Below are positions 9,820-20,571 of a stretch of DNA of 64,000 bases, in pieces (position 1 is the first letter of the stretch; the number at the start of each line of letters is the position of its first letter). This DNA is from Deltaproteobacteria bacterium (GTDB lineage Bacteria; Myxococcota_A; UBA9160; SMWR01). The notes beneath the pieces are model-generated. The model ran no database searches. It was not told the origin of the DNA and saw nothing but the letters and a program-made list of their open reading frames with translations. Location of the stretch: positions 1 through 64,000 of the forward strand of contig JAQBHB010000041.1 of assembly GCA_032128115.1 (NCBI GenBank). The letters are read 5' to 3'. The position numbers and the translations under genes are program-made.

Positions 9820-11488
9820 CGCAGCCCTCGGACGCGGACTTCACGTTCTTGATGTACTTGTAGAGGGTCCCGCGGGTCGCCTTGAGCGGCGGCGCCTGCC
9901 AGGCGCTGCGACGCCGTTGCAGCTCCTCTGGACCCACGGACACGTCGATGCTGTGCTGCTTGGCGTCGATGCAGATCTCGTCGCCGTTGCGGACCAGGGC
10001 GATGGCTCCGCCGTCCTGGGCCTCGGGCGTCACGTGGCCCACGATGAAACCGTGGGATCCTCCGGAGAAACGCCCGTCGGTGATGAGCGCCACCCGGTCG
10101 GCAAGGCCCGCACCCGCGAGGGCCGAGGTTGGCGTCAGCATCTCGGGCATGCCGGGGCCGCCCCGGGGCCCTTCGTAACGGATCACGATCACCTGCCCGG
10201 CCAGGATTTCGCCACGCTCGAGAGCGGCCAGCATGTCCTCCTCGCAGTCGAAGACGTTCGCCGGTCCCGAGAAGTCGAGCCCCTCCTTGCCAGTGATCTT
10301 GGCCACCGCGCCTTCCGGCGCCAGGCTGCCGCGCAGGATCTGGATGTGGCCGGTCTCCTTGACGGGATCGTCCCAGGGCCGGATCACCTTCTGGCTCGGC
10401 ACGAGACCCGGGCGCTCGGCAAGGTTCTCGGCCAGGGTCTTGCCGGTTACGGTCATGCAGCCGCCGTCGATGACTCCGTGCGCAAGGCATAGCTTGAGCA
10501 CGCCCGGGGTGCCGCCGGCCTGGTGCAGATCCTCCATCACGTAGCGCCCGCTGGGCTTCATGTCCGCGAGGAATGGAATGCGATCGCTCACCTTCTGGAA
10601 GTCGTCCAGTTCGAGATCCACGCCCACCGACCGCGCCATGGTGATCAGGTGCAGCACGGCATTGGTGGAGCCGCCCAGTACCGTCACCACCACCATGGCG
10701 TTCTCGAAGGCCGCGCGGGTCATGATGTCGCTGGGCTTGATGTCGCGCTCGAGCAGGCGCCGGATGGCGGCGCCGGCGCGGAAGCACTCTTCCAGCTTGC
10801 CCGGATCCGCGGCCGGCGTCGACGAGCTGCCGGGAAGCGACATGCCCAGGGCCTCGATGGCCGACGCCATGGTGTTGGCGGTGTACATGGCGCCGCAGGC
10901 GCCCGCTCCCGGGCACGCGTTCCGCACGATGTCCAACCGGGTCTCTTCGTCGATGCTCCCGGCGATGAACTCCCCGTAGGACTGGAAGGCCGACACCACG
11001 TCGAGGGGCTCGCCCTTGCGGCTGCGGCCGGGCTTGATGGTGCCCCCGTAGATCATGATCGAGGGCCGGTTGATCCGGCCCATGGCCATGACGCAGCCGG
11101 GCATGTTCTTGTCGCAGCCGGGGATCGAAACATTGGCGTCGTACCATTGGGCGCCCATCACCGTTTCGATCGAGTCGGCGATCAGGTCGCGGGATTGCAG
11201 CGAGTAACTCATCCCCTCGGTGCCCATGGAGATGCCGTCGCTCACGCCAATGGCGTTGAAGCGGAAGCCCACGAGCCCGACCGCCACCACGCCCTCCTTC
11301 ACCCGGGCTCCCAGCTCCAGCAGATGCATGTTGCAGGGGTTGCCCTCGTACCAGATGCTGGCAATCCCGACCTGGGCCTTCTCCATGTCCTCTTCGGAGA
11401 GACCTGCCGCGTGGAGCATGGCCTGCGAGGCGCCCTGGGACTTGGGCTCCGTGATGCGACGGCTGGTGCGATTCAGTTTGTGGGGCAT
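9806..11488 (-). CDS. ilvD: Dihydroxy-acid dehydratase
   Basis: [62 protein letters not shown]. Confidence 0.97.
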   Translation of the reverse strand: MPHKLNRTSRRITEPKSQGASQAMLHAAGLSEEDMEKAQVGIASIWYEGNPCNMHLLELGARVKEGVVAVGLVGFRFNAIGVSDGISMGTEGMSYSLQSRDLIADSIETVMGAQWYDANVSIPGCDKNMPGCVMAMGRINRPSIMIYGGTIKPGRSRKGEPLDVVSAFQSYGEFIAGSIDEETRLDIVRNACPGAGACGAMYTANTMASAIEALGMSLPGSSSTPAADPGKLEECFRAGAAIRRLLERDIKPSDIMTRAAFENAMVVVTVLGGSTNAVLHLITMARSVGVDLELDDFQKVSDRIPFLADMKPSGRYVMEDLHQAGGTPGVLKLCLAHGVIDGGCMTVTGKTLAENLAERPGLVPSQKVIRPWDDPVKETGHIQILRGSLAPEGAVAKITGKEGLDFSGPANVFDCEEDMLAALERGEILAGQVIVIRYEGPRGGPGMPEMLTPTSALAGAGLADRVALITDGRFSGGSHGFIVGHVTPEAQDGGAIALVRNGDEICIDAKQHSIDVSVGPEELQRRRSAWQAPPLKATRGTLYKYIKNVKSASEGCVTDE

Positions 11489-11551
11489 GACGGGCTCACG
11501 CGTCGAATTGTAGCGGAAGCGACCGGGGGCCGCGGATCAGGATCGGGTGAA

Positions 11552-13081
11552 CTAGAGAAGGCCGTCCCAGGCCGCGCGTTCGGCGTCGAGAGGCGCGTCG
11601 TCGAGAGCGCACTCGCGATCGAAGATCATCGTGGCGCGGCGGCGGGAATCGTACGGAGCCCAGTCGGGCAGGTCGTCGACATTGGGATCCCCGCTGCGCG
11701 CGAAGGCGATCCAGGCATCCATCATTCGCGCCGAGAGGCGCTCCGCCTCGGGTCCACTCCCCGCGAACTTCTGCGCCCCCTTGCGCCCGATCGAGCCGAA
11801 CACGAAGGGGACGTCGATGCCGTGGCAGGCGCCAAGCGCCCCGTTCAAGAGTGCCGCCTCCCAGCACACCAGATACGAGAACGTCTGGGGCCGATGGACG
11901 CTCTGGGCCTCGAGCATGCGAATCGCCGGCATCCGAAACACGCGATCGGTCTCGATGGCGTAGAAGAGCTCCGGCGGCTCGATGCCCGTGCGGCCACCGC
12001 GCGCCTTGCGATAGGCCTCGATCAGGCCCCGTGCTCGGCGCGCCGGTTCGTCTCCCGGGAGGTGCAGTTCAACTCGCTCGAGCAGCCCGGCTTCGTCGAG
12101 TTCCCGCGACTTCGGGTCCATCAAGCCGAACAGCTTCCACTCGTCGCGGGTGGTGCCGGCCATGAGCGAAACATCCCGGGAGAGCCCAGACCGGATGGCG
12201 CCGATGGCAGATTCCGGCAGGCTGCGGCCGTCCACTGCGGGGCAGAACGCGCGCAGGGCATCGTGGCGCTTGTAGCTGGCGACCAGCTTCGCCTGCACCT
12301 CGAGAATCCGACCGAGGGGCACGTCGCGTAGCCGGGCCGCGTCGCGCGGATCGATCTCGAAGGCGTCGAGCACCAGCGACGCCACCTCGCTCGCCGAATC
12401 CCGGTCGTTCACCCGGTGGGCGGCGCCACTCTGGGCAATGGCGCGCTGGAAGAGGCCCTTTGCGGCGGGGGTTCCCATCAGCGTTCCCACGCTCATGCCT
12501 CCGGCCGATTCCCCGAAGATCGTGACCTGCTGCGGGTCGCCGCCGAAGCGCTCGATGTTCTCGCGCACCCAGCGCAGGGCAGCCACCTGGTCGAGAATTC
12601 CGCAGTTGGCGCTGGTGCCCAGGTCTTCGCCGCACACATCCAGCAGGTGCAGGAAGCCCAGCGCACCGAGCCGATAGTTGATGGTGACGATCACCACGTC
12701 GCCGCGAAGCGCCAGCGGCACGGGGTCGTACATCGGCTGGGATCCGGAACCGATCGTGAACGCACCGCCGTGGATCCACACCATCACGGGACGCCGTCCG
12801 CCATCGGCTGCTGGAGTGAGCACGTTCAGGTAGAGGCAATCCTCGCTCTGGGCTCCCACCCCCATGCCAACAAGGGCATCGAGCTGGGCCTTGTTCTGGG
12901 GCGCTGAGAAGCCGAAGGCGCTCGCGTCGCGCACGCCGCTCCAGGGCTCGGCGGGCGCAGGCGCGCAGAATCGACGCTCCCCTACCGGTGGCTTCGCGAA
13001 GGGAATCCCCCGAAAAGCCAGCAGCCCGCGATCCTCGATTCCCTCGATCCGACCCAGGGTCGTGTCGAGTTTTCGTCCCAT
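11552..13081 (-). CDS. Type-B carboxylesterase (pNB-esterase-like)
   Basis: FRGIPFAKPP, SEDCLYLNV, WIHGG, NYRLG, FGESAGG, ACHGID. Start reassigned to ATG 13081. Confidence 0.92.
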   Translation of the reverse strand: MGRKLDTTLGRIEGIEDRGLLAFRGIPFAKPPVGERRFCAPAPAEPWSGVRDASAFGFSAPQNKAQLDALVGMGVGAQSEDCLYLNVLTPAADGGRRPVMVWIHGGAFTIGSGSQPMYDPVPLALRGDVVIVTINYRLGALGFLHLLDVCGEDLGTSANCGILDQVAALRWVRENIERFGGDPQQVTIFGESAGGMSVGTLMGTPAAKGLFQRAIAQSGAAHRVNDRDSASEVASLVLDAFEIDPRDAARLRDVPLGRILEVQAKLVASYKRHDALRAFCPAVDGRSLPESAIGAIRSGLSRDVSLMAGTTRDEWKLFGLMDPKSRELDEAGLLERVELHLPGDEPARRARGLIEAYRKARGGRTGIEPPELFYAIETDRVFRMPAIRMLEAQSVHRPQTFSYLVCWEAALLNGALGACHGIDVPFVFGSIGRKGAQKFAGSGPEAERLSARMMDAWIAFARSGDPNVDDLPDWAPYDSRRRATMIFDRECALDDAPLDAERAAWDGLL

Positions 13082-13101
13082 GGGAGGCCCTCCACGCGCT
13101 C

Positions 13102-14094
13102 TCAGGTGCCGCGGCGCCGCATCCCGGCGCTGTCGTAGATGGCGTCGATCACCCGCATGTTGGCGATGGCGTCCTGCGCGTCGGACGACATGCTGCCCTC
13201 GCCGCGCACGGTCTTCACGAAGGCCCGGAGCTGATGGGTGTAGGTCGTGTCTCCGGGCAGGCGTTCGCTGACGACCCGATCGGGCTTCTTCACGGTGAGG
13301 CGGTGATACAGGTGCGGTGCGATCGGGTTGAACACGCGCATCTCGCCGGCGTCGCCGTGAACGCGGATGCTCATTCGCAGCAGCGAGGTCGACCACAGCG
13401 AGCAGGTGATGCGCCCGGTGTGACCGTCGGGGAAGCGGAATTCGGCCCGCATCCAGCGGTCCACGTCCCGCGTCATGAGTTTCGCCCGGGCGTGCACCAC
13501 CTCGGGCTCGGCGCCCGCCAGGAAGCGCAGCATGTTGATCGGGTAGCAGCCGGCATCCATGGTGGCGCCGCCGCCCAGGTCGTACCGGTACCGGATGTCG
13601 CCGGGAAAGGGCAGCGGGAAGCAGAGGTGGGCCTCCAGATGCCGCACGGCGCCCAGCTCGCCGCCGTCGACGATCTGCTTCATGCGCTCCGCCAGCGGGT
13701 GGTAGCGCCAGTGGAAGGCTTCCACGAGCACCCGGCCCGTCTTCTCCGAGGCCTCGGCCATGCGCCGGGCCTCCTCGGCGTTCGAGGCCAGGGGCTTCTC
13801 GCACAGCACGTGCTTGCCGGCTTCCAGGGCTCGGATGCTCCACTCGCAGTGCAGCCCGTTGGGCAGCGGATTGTAGATCGCGTCTAGGTCCGGATCGGCG
13901 ATCAGCGCCTCGTAGCTCCCGTGGACCCGTGGAATCCTGTGCTTCGCCGCGAACTTGCGCGCCCGCGCCGGGTCCCGGGCGGCCACCGCAGCGAACTCCG
14001 CCTCGGGCAGCTGGCGGGCCGGCTTCACCAATGCCATGGGCGTGATGCGAGCCGCCCCCAGGGCTCCGATGCGCAGCGGCCGAGTCGAATCCAT
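13102..14094 (-). CDS. Gfo/Idh/MocA family oxidoreductase
   Basis: GALGAARI, YNPLPNGLH, HVLCEKP, GGGATMDAGCY. Confidence 0.92.
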   Translation of the reverse strand: MDSTRPLRIGALGAARITPMALVKPARQLPEAEFAAVAARDPARARKFAAKHRIPRVHGSYEALIADPDLDAIYNPLPNGLHCEWSIRALEAGKHVLCEKPLASNAEEARRMAEASEKTGRVLVEAFHWRYHPLAERMKQIVDGGELGAVRHLEAHLCFPLPFPGDIRYRYDLGGGATMDAGCYPINMLRFLAGAEPEVVHARAKLMTRDVDRWMRAEFRFPDGHTGRITCSLWSTSLLRMSIRVHGDAGEMRVFNPIAPHLYHRLTVKKPDRVVSERLPGDTTYTHQLRAFVKTVRGEGSMSSDAQDAIANMRVIDAIYDSAGMRRRGT

Positions 14095-14213
14095 GGCCGT
14101 CCTTCCTATCACCGATGGCCCGCCGGTAGCAAGCTGGGAGCGAGAGCGCCGTCACCGCGGTTGACAGCCCGACCCGCCAGGGTGCCTAGTATCCGCAACC
14201 CATGGGGAGACGC

Positions 14214-15050
14214 ATGACGAGTTCCAATCGATCCAGCAACGGCAGATTCGACGGCAAGGTGGTGCTGATCACGGGCGCGGCTTCGGGAATCGGCGCTGCC
14301 ACGGCGCGTCGCTTCGCATCCGAAGGCGCCCGGCTGATGCTGGCCGACGTGAACGAAGAGGGATTGGCGAGCCTTGCCAAGGAGATCGACGCCGGCACCG
14401 GATCGCGCGAATCGGAATCGGTGGCGGTGCGCACCACCGACGTGGCCGATCTGGAACAGGTGGATGCGCTCACCCGCGCCACCGTCGAGCGCTTCGGGCA
14501 CCTCGACGTGGTGTTCAACAACGCGGGTATCGCCTCCTACGGCAAGACCCCCGACCTGGATCCGGAAACCTGGCATCGCACCCTGGACGTGGACCTGCAC
14601 TCGGTCTTCTACGGCTGCCGCGCGGCCATCCCGTTCCTGCGCGAGGCGGGGGGCGGTGCCATCGTGAACACCGCCTCCATGTCGGGGCTCTACGGCGACT
14701 ACGGCCTTGCCGCGTACAACGCCGCCAAGGGCGCGGTCGTGAACTTCACCCGCACCCTGGCCATCGATCACGCCCGCGAGGGCATCCGCGCCAACTGCGT
14801 GTGCCCCGGTGCCATCGACACCTCCCTCACGGCGGGGCTGCGCGCAAGTCCGGCCTTCATGCGCGAATACGAGAGGCTGATCCCCATGGGACGCATGGGC
14901 GAAGCCGATGAGATCGCCAGCGTCGTGACCTTCCTGGCCTCCGACGACGCCAGCTATCTGACCGGCGCAGCGATCGTGGTGGACGGCGGCATCACAGCCG
15001 CCACCGGCCAGCCCAATTTCACGCGGATACTCGAAGAAGCCGGCGAGTGA
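14214..15050 (+). CDS. SDR family oxidoreductase
   Basis: TGAASGIG, NNAGI, YNAAK, VCPG, VDGG. Alternative start at 14202. Confidence 0.92.
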   Translation: MTSSNRSSNGRFDGKVVLITGAASGIGAATARRFASEGARLMLADVNEEGLASLAKEIDAGTGSRESESVAVRTTDVADLEQVDALTRATVERFGHLDVVFNNAGIASYGKTPDLDPETWHRTLDVDLHSVFYGCRAAIPFLREAGGGAIVNTASMSGLYGDYGLAAYNAAKGAVVNFTRTLAIDHAREGIRANCVCPGAIDTSLTAGLRASPAFMREYERLIPMGRMGEADEIASVVTFLASDDASYLTGAAIVVDGGITAATGQPNFTRILEEAGE

Positions 15051-15057
15051 TCCCCGC

Positions 15058-15882
15058 GTGAAGCTTGGCGTCGTCGTCCGCACCATGGGCCCGCCGGCCA
15101 CGCGCGAGACCGTGGCCGAGTGCGCAACGGCGGCCGAGAACGCCGGACTCGACGACATCTGGCTGCCCGACCACATCGCGATCCCGCCGGACGACGCCGA
15201 GGGATCCGGCGGCCGCTACCTGGATCCCCTGACCACGCTGGCCTTCCTGGCGGCCACCACCACGCGCATCGGGCTGGGGACCGGAGTGCTGATCCTCCCC
15301 TACCGCCCGCCCCTACCCACGGCCAAGGCCATCGCCAGCGTGCAGGAGTTCTCCAGGAATCGGGTGATGCTCGGCGTGGGCGTGGGCTGGATGGCCGCCG
15401 AGTTCCGCGCACTGGGCGTCGACCGCGCACGACGCGGTCGCATCAGCGACGACACCCTGGATTTCCTGAACCGCTGCTTCTCCGATGACGTGGTGGAGAG
15501 GAACGACCAGGCCTTTCTGTTCCGGCCGCGTCCGCCCCGGCCTCCCATCTACGTGGGAGGCGCAGCGCCCCACGCGCTCACGCGTGCGGTGCGCTACGGA
15601 GACGGCTGGCTGCCCATGGGCGGCGACCCGGAGACACTGGCCCCCGACATCGAGAGCCTGCGCGAGCAGGCCGAACACGCCGGGCGGCCCGCACCGCAAG
15701 TGGTGTTGATGACGGGTCTTCCCGTTGACGATCCCGGCCGCGCCCAGGATCACGTCGCAGCTCTGGCGCGCGTGGGCGTGACCCACCTGGTGCACGGCTT
15801 CCGCTATGCCGACGCCGCCGGGTTCCGCCAGAACCTGGAGCGGCTGGTGAAGCACGTGCTCCCGGCCGTCCGCAGCGTCTGA
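15058..15882 (+). CDS. LLM-class (probably F420-dependent) oxidoreductase
   Basis: IWLPDHI, LDPLTTLAFLAA, GVGVGW...EF, PPIYVGG, GDGWLP. Confidence 0.88.
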   Translation: MKLGVVVRTMGPPATRETVAECATAAENAGLDDIWLPDHIAIPPDDAEGSGGRYLDPLTTLAFLAATTTRIGLGTGVLILPYRPPLPTAKAIASVQEFSRNRVMLGVGVGWMAAEFRALGVDRARRGRISDDTLDFLNRCFSDDVVERNDQAFLFRPRPPRPPIYVGGAAPHALTRAVRYGDGWLPMGGDPETLAPDIESLREQAEHAGRPAPQVVLMTGLPVDDPGRAQDHVAALARVGVTHLVHGFRYADAAGFRQNLERLVKHVLPAVRSV

Positions 15883-15930
15883 GCGGACTCCACCCGCCTC
15901 CGCCTATAATGCCGCCCGGCGAGGAACCCC

Positions 15931-16728
15931 ATGGCACTCGAAGGTTACGAACCGTTTCCGTTCAGCCACGACGGCACGACGCGAAGCGTCTACCGACGCG
16001 GTGAGGGCCCGGCCGTCGTGGTCATCCACGAGATCCCCGGAATCACGCCGTCGGTGGAACGCTTCGCGAACATCGTGGTCGACGCCGGCTATACCGTGTA
16101 CCTGCCCCATCTGTTTGGCGTACCCGGGAAGCCCGAGAGCCTGGGCTACATCCTGCAGGGCGTGGCGCGCGCCTGTATCCGGCGCGAGTTCACCACCCTG
16201 GCCCGGCGCGGGTCGAGCCCCATCACCCATTGGCTGCGAGCCCTGTGCCGGCGGGCCCATCGGGAGTGCGGCGGCCCCGGCGTCGGTGCCATCGGCATGT
16301 GTCTCACCGGGAACTTCGCGCTGGCACTGATGGTGGACGAGTCCGTGATGGCGCCGGTGTTGAGCCAGCCGTCACTGCCTTTTCCGGTCTCGAAGTCGCA
16401 TCGGGCCTCGCTGCACCTGAGCGACGAGGATCTCGCCGCGGTCAAGAAGCGCACCGCCCAGGGTTGCAGCGTGCTGGGTCTGCGCTTCAGCCACGATCCC
16501 CTGTGCCCCGGCGACCGCTTCGAGACCCTCCGGCGCGAGTTGGGCGGGGGTTTCGAAGGCATCGAGATCGACTCGAGCCCTGGCAATCCGCACGGCATCC
16601 CGCGGATCGCCCACTCGGTGGTCACCAAGGACCTGGTGGACCAGGCGGGCCATCCCACGCGCCAGGCCCTCGACCGCGTATTGGGACTCTTCCGCGAGCG
16701 GCTCCGGCCCGAACCGGCGGCCGAATGA
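15931..16728 (+). CDS. Dienelactone hydrolase family protein
   Basis: HEIPG, GMCLTG nucleophile, D and AHSV catalytic residues; TATAAT at 15905-15910 and GAGG RBS. Confidence 0.85.
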   Translation: MALEGYEPFPFSHDGTTRSVYRRGEGPAVVVIHEIPGITPSVERFANIVVDAGYTVYLPHLFGVPGKPESLGYILQGVARACIRREFTTLARRGSSPITHWLRALCRRAHRECGGPGVGAIGMCLTGNFALALMVDESVMAPVLSQPSLPFPVSKSHRASLHLSDEDLAAVKKRTAQGCSVLGLRFSHDPLCPGDRFETLRRELGGGFEGIEIDSSPGNPHGIPRIAHSVVTKDLVDQAGHPTRQALDRVLGLFRERLRPEPAAE

Positions 16729-17612
16729 TCGAGGCGCCGGCCTGGTTCCAGAAGGCGATCGACGCGCCGTACGAGGACTGCACGGTCGAGGTCGAGGGCT
16801 GCCCGATCCATTACCTGAAGTGGGGCGAGCCTGGCCGACCGGGCATCGTGCTGGTTCATGGGGGTGCCGCCCACGCCCACTGGTGGACGTTCATCGCGCC
16901 CCAGCTCACCGCAGACTGCCAGGTGGTGGCCCTGGACCTCTCGGGCCACGGCGACAGCGGTCGCCGCGACGAGTACCCGCGAGACATCTGGGCCGACGAG
17001 GTCATGGCCGTGGCCAAAGACGCGGGCCTGGTGGGTGCGCCCATCCTGGTGGGGCACAGCATGGGCGGCTTCGTGTGCATCGCCGCCGCGTCCCGGTACG
17101 GCGACCGCCTGACGGGCGCGGTGATCCTCGACTCGCCCGTGCGGCGGCCCGACCCGGAAGCGGTGGAAGGCGCCCACGGCAAGGCCTTTCGAAACCCCAA
17201 GGTCTACCCGGATCTGGAAACCGCTCTCGAGCATTTTCGCGTGGTCCCCGAGCCCACCACCGCCGAGCCCTACGTGATCGACTACATCGCGCGCCGCTCG
17301 CTGCGTGCAACCGAGGGTGGCTACAGCTGGAAGTTCGATCCGAACGTGTTCCGGCGCTTCGCCCCGCGCGCGATCCACGAGATCCTGTCCGAGGTGCGCT
17401 GCAGGGTGGCGCTTTTCCGCGCCGAGTTCGGGCTGGTGACGCCCGACATCGGCGACTACATGTACGAGTTACTCGACCGCAACGCACCGGTAGTAGAGAT
17501 CCCCAACGCCCATCACCACCTTCTGCTGGACCAGCCCCTGGCCCTGGTGACCGGCCTCCGGGCGATTCTCGCCGATTGGGAGCACTCGATCCCGCGAAAG
17601 GGCAGGAGCTGA
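16725..17612 (+). CDS. Alpha/beta fold hydrolase
   Basis: ATGA overlap; HGGAAHAHWW, DLSGHGDS, GHSMGG, AHHHLLLDQP. Confidence 0.9.
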   Translation: MIEAPAWFQKAIDAPYEDCTVEVEGCPIHYLKWGEPGRPGIVLVHGGAAHAHWWTFIAPQLTADCQVVALDLSGHGDSGRRDEYPRDIWADEVMAVAKDAGLVGAPILVGHSMGGFVCIAAASRYGDRLTGAVILDSPVRRPDPEAVEGAHGKAFRNPKVYPDLETALEHFRVVPEPTTAEPYVIDYIARRSLRATEGGYSWKFDPNVFRRFAPRAIHEILSEVRCRVALFRAEFGLVTPDIGDYMYELLDRNAPVVEIPNAHHHLLLDQPLALVTGLRAILADWEHSIPRKGRS

Positions 17613-17639
17613 CACGACTCGTTCCCCAGGAGAACCGAC

Positions 17640-18113
17640 ATGCTCACCCCCCAGGAGATCAGCGACCATATCGAGATCGACCAGATGCAGCAGCGTTACT
17701 TCCGGTCCATGGACACCTGGAACTACGATCTGCTGGAGAGCGTCTTCACCCCCGACGCCAGCGTTCGATACGACGCGCTCGGGGGCACCGACACGAGCTA
17801 TCGGAACATGATCCCGCAGTTCAGGAGCTTCAATCGGCACTTCTCCTTCATGCAGCACAAGGGAGGCCAGCTCCTGATCGAGCTAAAAGGCGACACGGCG
17901 CGCTCGAGCCACAACATGCGCGCGCTCCACGTGCAGACCACGCTGCAAGGCGAGTCCAATCGCTGGCTGATCTACGGTTTGTACCAGGACCGCCTGGTGC
18001 GAACGCCGCACGGTTGGCGGATCCGCGAACGCCTCTACAAGGGCATGCACAGCGAGGGCGAGATCCTGCCGTTCGATCGCGTCCGCAGCTACGACGTGCC
18101 CCCCTGGCTTTGA
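17640..18113 (+). CDS. NTF2/SnoaL-like protein
   Basis: AGGAG RBS; RYFRSMD..., VFTPDA, Y.D.LVRT..GWRI pattern. Confidence 0.85.
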   Translation: MLTPQEISDHIEIDQMQQRYFRSMDTWNYDLLESVFTPDASVRYDALGGTDTSYRNMIPQFRSFNRHFSFMQHKGGQLLIELKGDTARSSHNMRALHVQTTLQGESNRWLIYGLYQDRLVRTPHGWRIRERLYKGMHSEGEILPFDRVRSYDVPPWL

Positions 18114-18251
18114 AGCCCGGGATCCCTGCCCTGGGATGCGCGTAAAGCCAGCGCTCGACTCGTGAAATTGGCCGCGATCCTGGGTGCCTGGTAGAATCTC
18201 GCGCGGCCTATCGCTGGCCCTGCCCCGCGAACAACGACCTTCCGAGGCGCC

Positions 18252-18614
18252 GTGCTGATTCGAGTACTCAAATCCAAACTGCATATGGCAACGGTCTCAC
18301 AGACCGAGTTGGCCTATCACGGCAGCATCACGATCGACGAGAACCTGATGAAGGCGTCGGGCCTCATCGAGTACGAACAGGTGCTCATCGGCAACTGTTC
18401 AAACGGGCAACGGGCGGAGACCTATGTCATCCGAGGAGAACCGGGGACCGGTTCGATGCAATTGAACGGTGCGATGGCTCGTCTCGCGCAGCCGGGCGAC
18501 CGGATCATCGTGCTGGCCTTCGCTTTCGCAGATCCAGACGAGGCGCAGACGATCAAGCCCCGCGTCGTCGTACTCGACGAGCAGAATGCGATCGTCGACC
18601 AGTGGGATGGGTGA
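18252..18614 (+). CDS. panD: Aspartate 1-decarboxylase proenzyme
   Basis: LKSKLH..., Y.GSITID self-cleavage site, NGQRAETYVI, LNGAMAR, GDRII. Confidence 0.95.
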   Translation: MLIRVLKSKLHMATVSQTELAYHGSITIDENLMKASGLIEYEQVLIGNCSNGQRAETYVIRGEPGTGSMQLNGAMARLAQPGDRIIVLAFAFADPDEAQTIKPRVVVLDEQNAIVDQWDG

Positions 18615-18664
18615 GCCGCCGTCGCTCGGCTCGGCAAGCTGAATCCCTCCGGCAAAAGGCCCGC

Positions 18665-19033
18665 CTAGTGAGCGGCATGGACCAGCAGGCCGCCGAAAGC
18701 GATACCGAACAGGCACCAGCCGCGCAGGAAACCGGACGTGCGTGCCAGCCACCACTGGATCAGGGTGTCCAGCCGGCGCGGCCCCGACATGGCGATGATC
18801 AGGGCCACCGAAAGGGCGAACAGACCCAGCCCCTGGATCACGTTCGGCCAGCGACAGCTGGCCGCGGCGGCCAGGAAGGCCATGCCCATGACGAGGCGGA
18901 CCCCCACCGCAATCGCGTAGCGTGGCCAGGGCCTCATGCCGGCCAGCGCCGCCATCAGACGCTGGGGCTGGATCACGCCCAGAGCGCTCACCGCTGCGAT
19001 CAGAAGCCCGAAACCGGCTACGACAATCTCCAC
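18665..19033 (-). CDS. Small integral membrane protein (about 4 TM), hypothetical
   Basis: GGAGG RBS + GTG; four hydrophobic segments. Confidence 0.75.
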   Translation of the reverse strand: MEIVVAGFGLLIAAVSALGVIQPQRLMAALAGMRPWPRYAIAVGVRLVMGMAFLAAAASCRWPNVIQGLGLFALSVALIIAMSGPRRLDTLIQWWLARTSGFLRGWCLFGIAFGGLLVHAAH

Positions 19034-19060
19034 GGCGCCTCCCGACCGGGCACCCTAACA

Positions 19061-19091
19061 CAGGGATAATCAGGGATGGACAGGGACAGGG
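19061..19091. repeat. CAGGGA direct repeats at a 10-bp period, upstream of the 18665-19033 gene
   Basis: cagggataat cagggatgga cagggacagg g; on the minus strand these precede TGT-TAGGGT (extended -10-like) and GGAGG. Confidence 0.55.
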
Positions 19092-19125
19092 CCCGCATCC
19101 CCGGACTGAACCGGCATGGTGTCGA

Positions 19126-20082
19126 TCAGCGCCCGGGGTTCAGCCAGGCGCTCTCCACTTCGATCCAGATCTTCTCGTTCACCGGAAAGGTTTCCAGGGG
19201 AAAGCCCGAGCCCCGGGCCCGCCCGTCCCGGATCGCCGCCAGCGTGTCGCGAAGTTCCACCAGGTCGGAGTGGGCCAGGATGGGGGCGCCCGGGGGCGCA
19301 TCGCGGTGGGCGGTGAACAGACGGACATTGGGGGGGATGTCTTCCGCCAGTCGTCGTGCCGTCGCCAGGTACTCCCCCAGGTCCGAGCCGGGCACGAAGG
19401 CGATCAACGGGCCCGGGTAGAGGAAATCCCCCGTGAAGAGCATCCCGCGCTCCCGGTCGAACAACATGGTCGATTCCGGCGTGTGGCCCGGCGTGCTCAG
19501 CACCTGGATACGCCGCTCGCCCAGCTCGATGGTGGCGCCTGGCGCCCACCACTCCACTGACTCCAGTGTGGGCGCATCGAAGCCCTCGAAGAAGCCCAGG
19601 TGCTCCGCTGCCGAAGGACGGAAGTCGCCCGAGGCTGCGCGCTCTCTCAGATGTGGCAGATCGATCTGGGCGATTCGATCGAAGCGGGCGTGGTTGCCCA
19701 CGTGATCGTAATGGAGATGAGAGGCCACCACGGTCACGGGCAGATCCGTCAGCGACGCAACCACCGGCCGGATGTCGCGGACGCCGGGCCCCGAATCGAA
19801 GAGAATGGCGCGCTCCTGACCCAGGATCAGGTAGCCGTAATTGGCTTGCCAATAGCGGGGCTCGCCGATGGCGTGGGTCTCGGCGTCGATGGTCTGGATC
19901 GTGAAGTAATCGTCGAACCACTGCACCGATGCGGGCTCCTCGGGTGCATTCACGAGTTCGGGAACCGGCGTCGCCAGGGCGAAGATCCACAGGGCCAACA
20001 GCCGACCCGCCAGCATCATCGCCACCCCCAGGGCGCCCACCAGCGCAAACGCCCCCAACAGGAACGATCGTGCGGCCTTCAA
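19126..20082 (-). CDS. MBL-fold metallo-hydrolase with N-terminal membrane anchor
   Basis: HLHYDH (HxHxDH), PGHT, TGD, AH motifs; TTG start overlapping the upstream TGA. Confidence 0.85.
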   Translation of the reverse strand: MKAARSFLLGAFALVGALGVAMMLAGRLLALWIFALATPVPELVNAPEEPASVQWFDDYFTIQTIDAETHAIGEPRYWQANYGYLILGQERAILFDSGPGVRDIRPVVASLTDLPVTVVASHLHYDHVGNHARFDRIAQIDLPHLRERAASGDFRPSAAEHLGFFEGFDAPTLESVEWWAPGATIELGERRIQVLSTPGHTPESTMLFDRERGMLFTGDFLYPGPLIAFVPGSDLGEYLATARRLAEDIPPNVRLFTAHRDAPPGAPILAHSDLVELRDTLAAIRDGRARGSGFPLETFPVNEKIWIEVESAWLNPGR

Positions 20083-20555
20083 CGGCGCGCCGGGCCCAGG
20101 CTCACGCGCAGGGCCAGAAGCACCGGCGCAAACAGCCAGGGGAGGTTGAAGAACAGGTAGATGACGGTATTGGGGGGAGGCTGCGGCGCGAGAAAAGTCT
20201 GCATGAAGTAGAAGAACATGTTGGTGACGGCAGCTCCCGCGTAGACGAGCGAGAGGGGACGAAGCCAGGGCCTCGGGCGAACCAGCCCGGCGATCACGAA
20301 CAACAGCGCCGGAGCCTGGAAGAACCCGTCGAACAGGCAATTGGCGATCAGCACCGGAGGCGGATCCAGGTGCGCGGGCTCCTCGGCCACCGCCCAGCCG
20401 TACAGCGCGCGCAGGGGAAGCCACGGGCTGTCGGGCGCCACGGGAACGCCGAGCCCCTCGGGCAGGCTGAACAAAAAGCCGTACAGGACCGACACACTGA
20501 AGAAAGCGGCCAGCAACAGGTCCATGGGACGCCGGTGTATGGGAGAGGCAATCAC
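20079..20555 (-). CDS. EXPERA/emopamil-binding-protein-like membrane protein
   Basis: 4 TM; RRPMD.LL..FF, EP..LDPP, DGFFQAP, NLPWLFAP pattern typical of EXPERA (EBP/TMEM97) domains. Confidence 0.65.
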   Translation of the reverse strand: MIASPIHRRPMDLLLAAFFSVSVLYGFLFSLPEGLGVPVAPDSPWLPLRALYGWAVAEEPAHLDPPPVLIANCLFDGFFQAPALLFVIAGLVRPRPWLRPLSLVYAGAAVTNMFFYFMQTFLAPQPPPNTVIYLFFNLPWLFAPVLLALRVSLGPARR

Positions 20556-20571
20556 GTTTCGTGGCGGGTCG

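Noticed and set aside
11552..14155. 867-aa ORF as a fusion protein
   Set aside because: The N-terminal part is an off-frame shadow of the Gfo/Idh/MocA gene; the esterase starts at 13081.
14161..14192. TTGACA...TAGTAT sigma70 promoter for the SDR
   Set aside because: The 20-bp spacer is non-canonical; only the -10 is plausible.
18114..18251. Riboswitch or leader RNA upstream of panD
   Set aside because: No recognisable conserved motif or terminator; only a TAGAAT -10 candidate.
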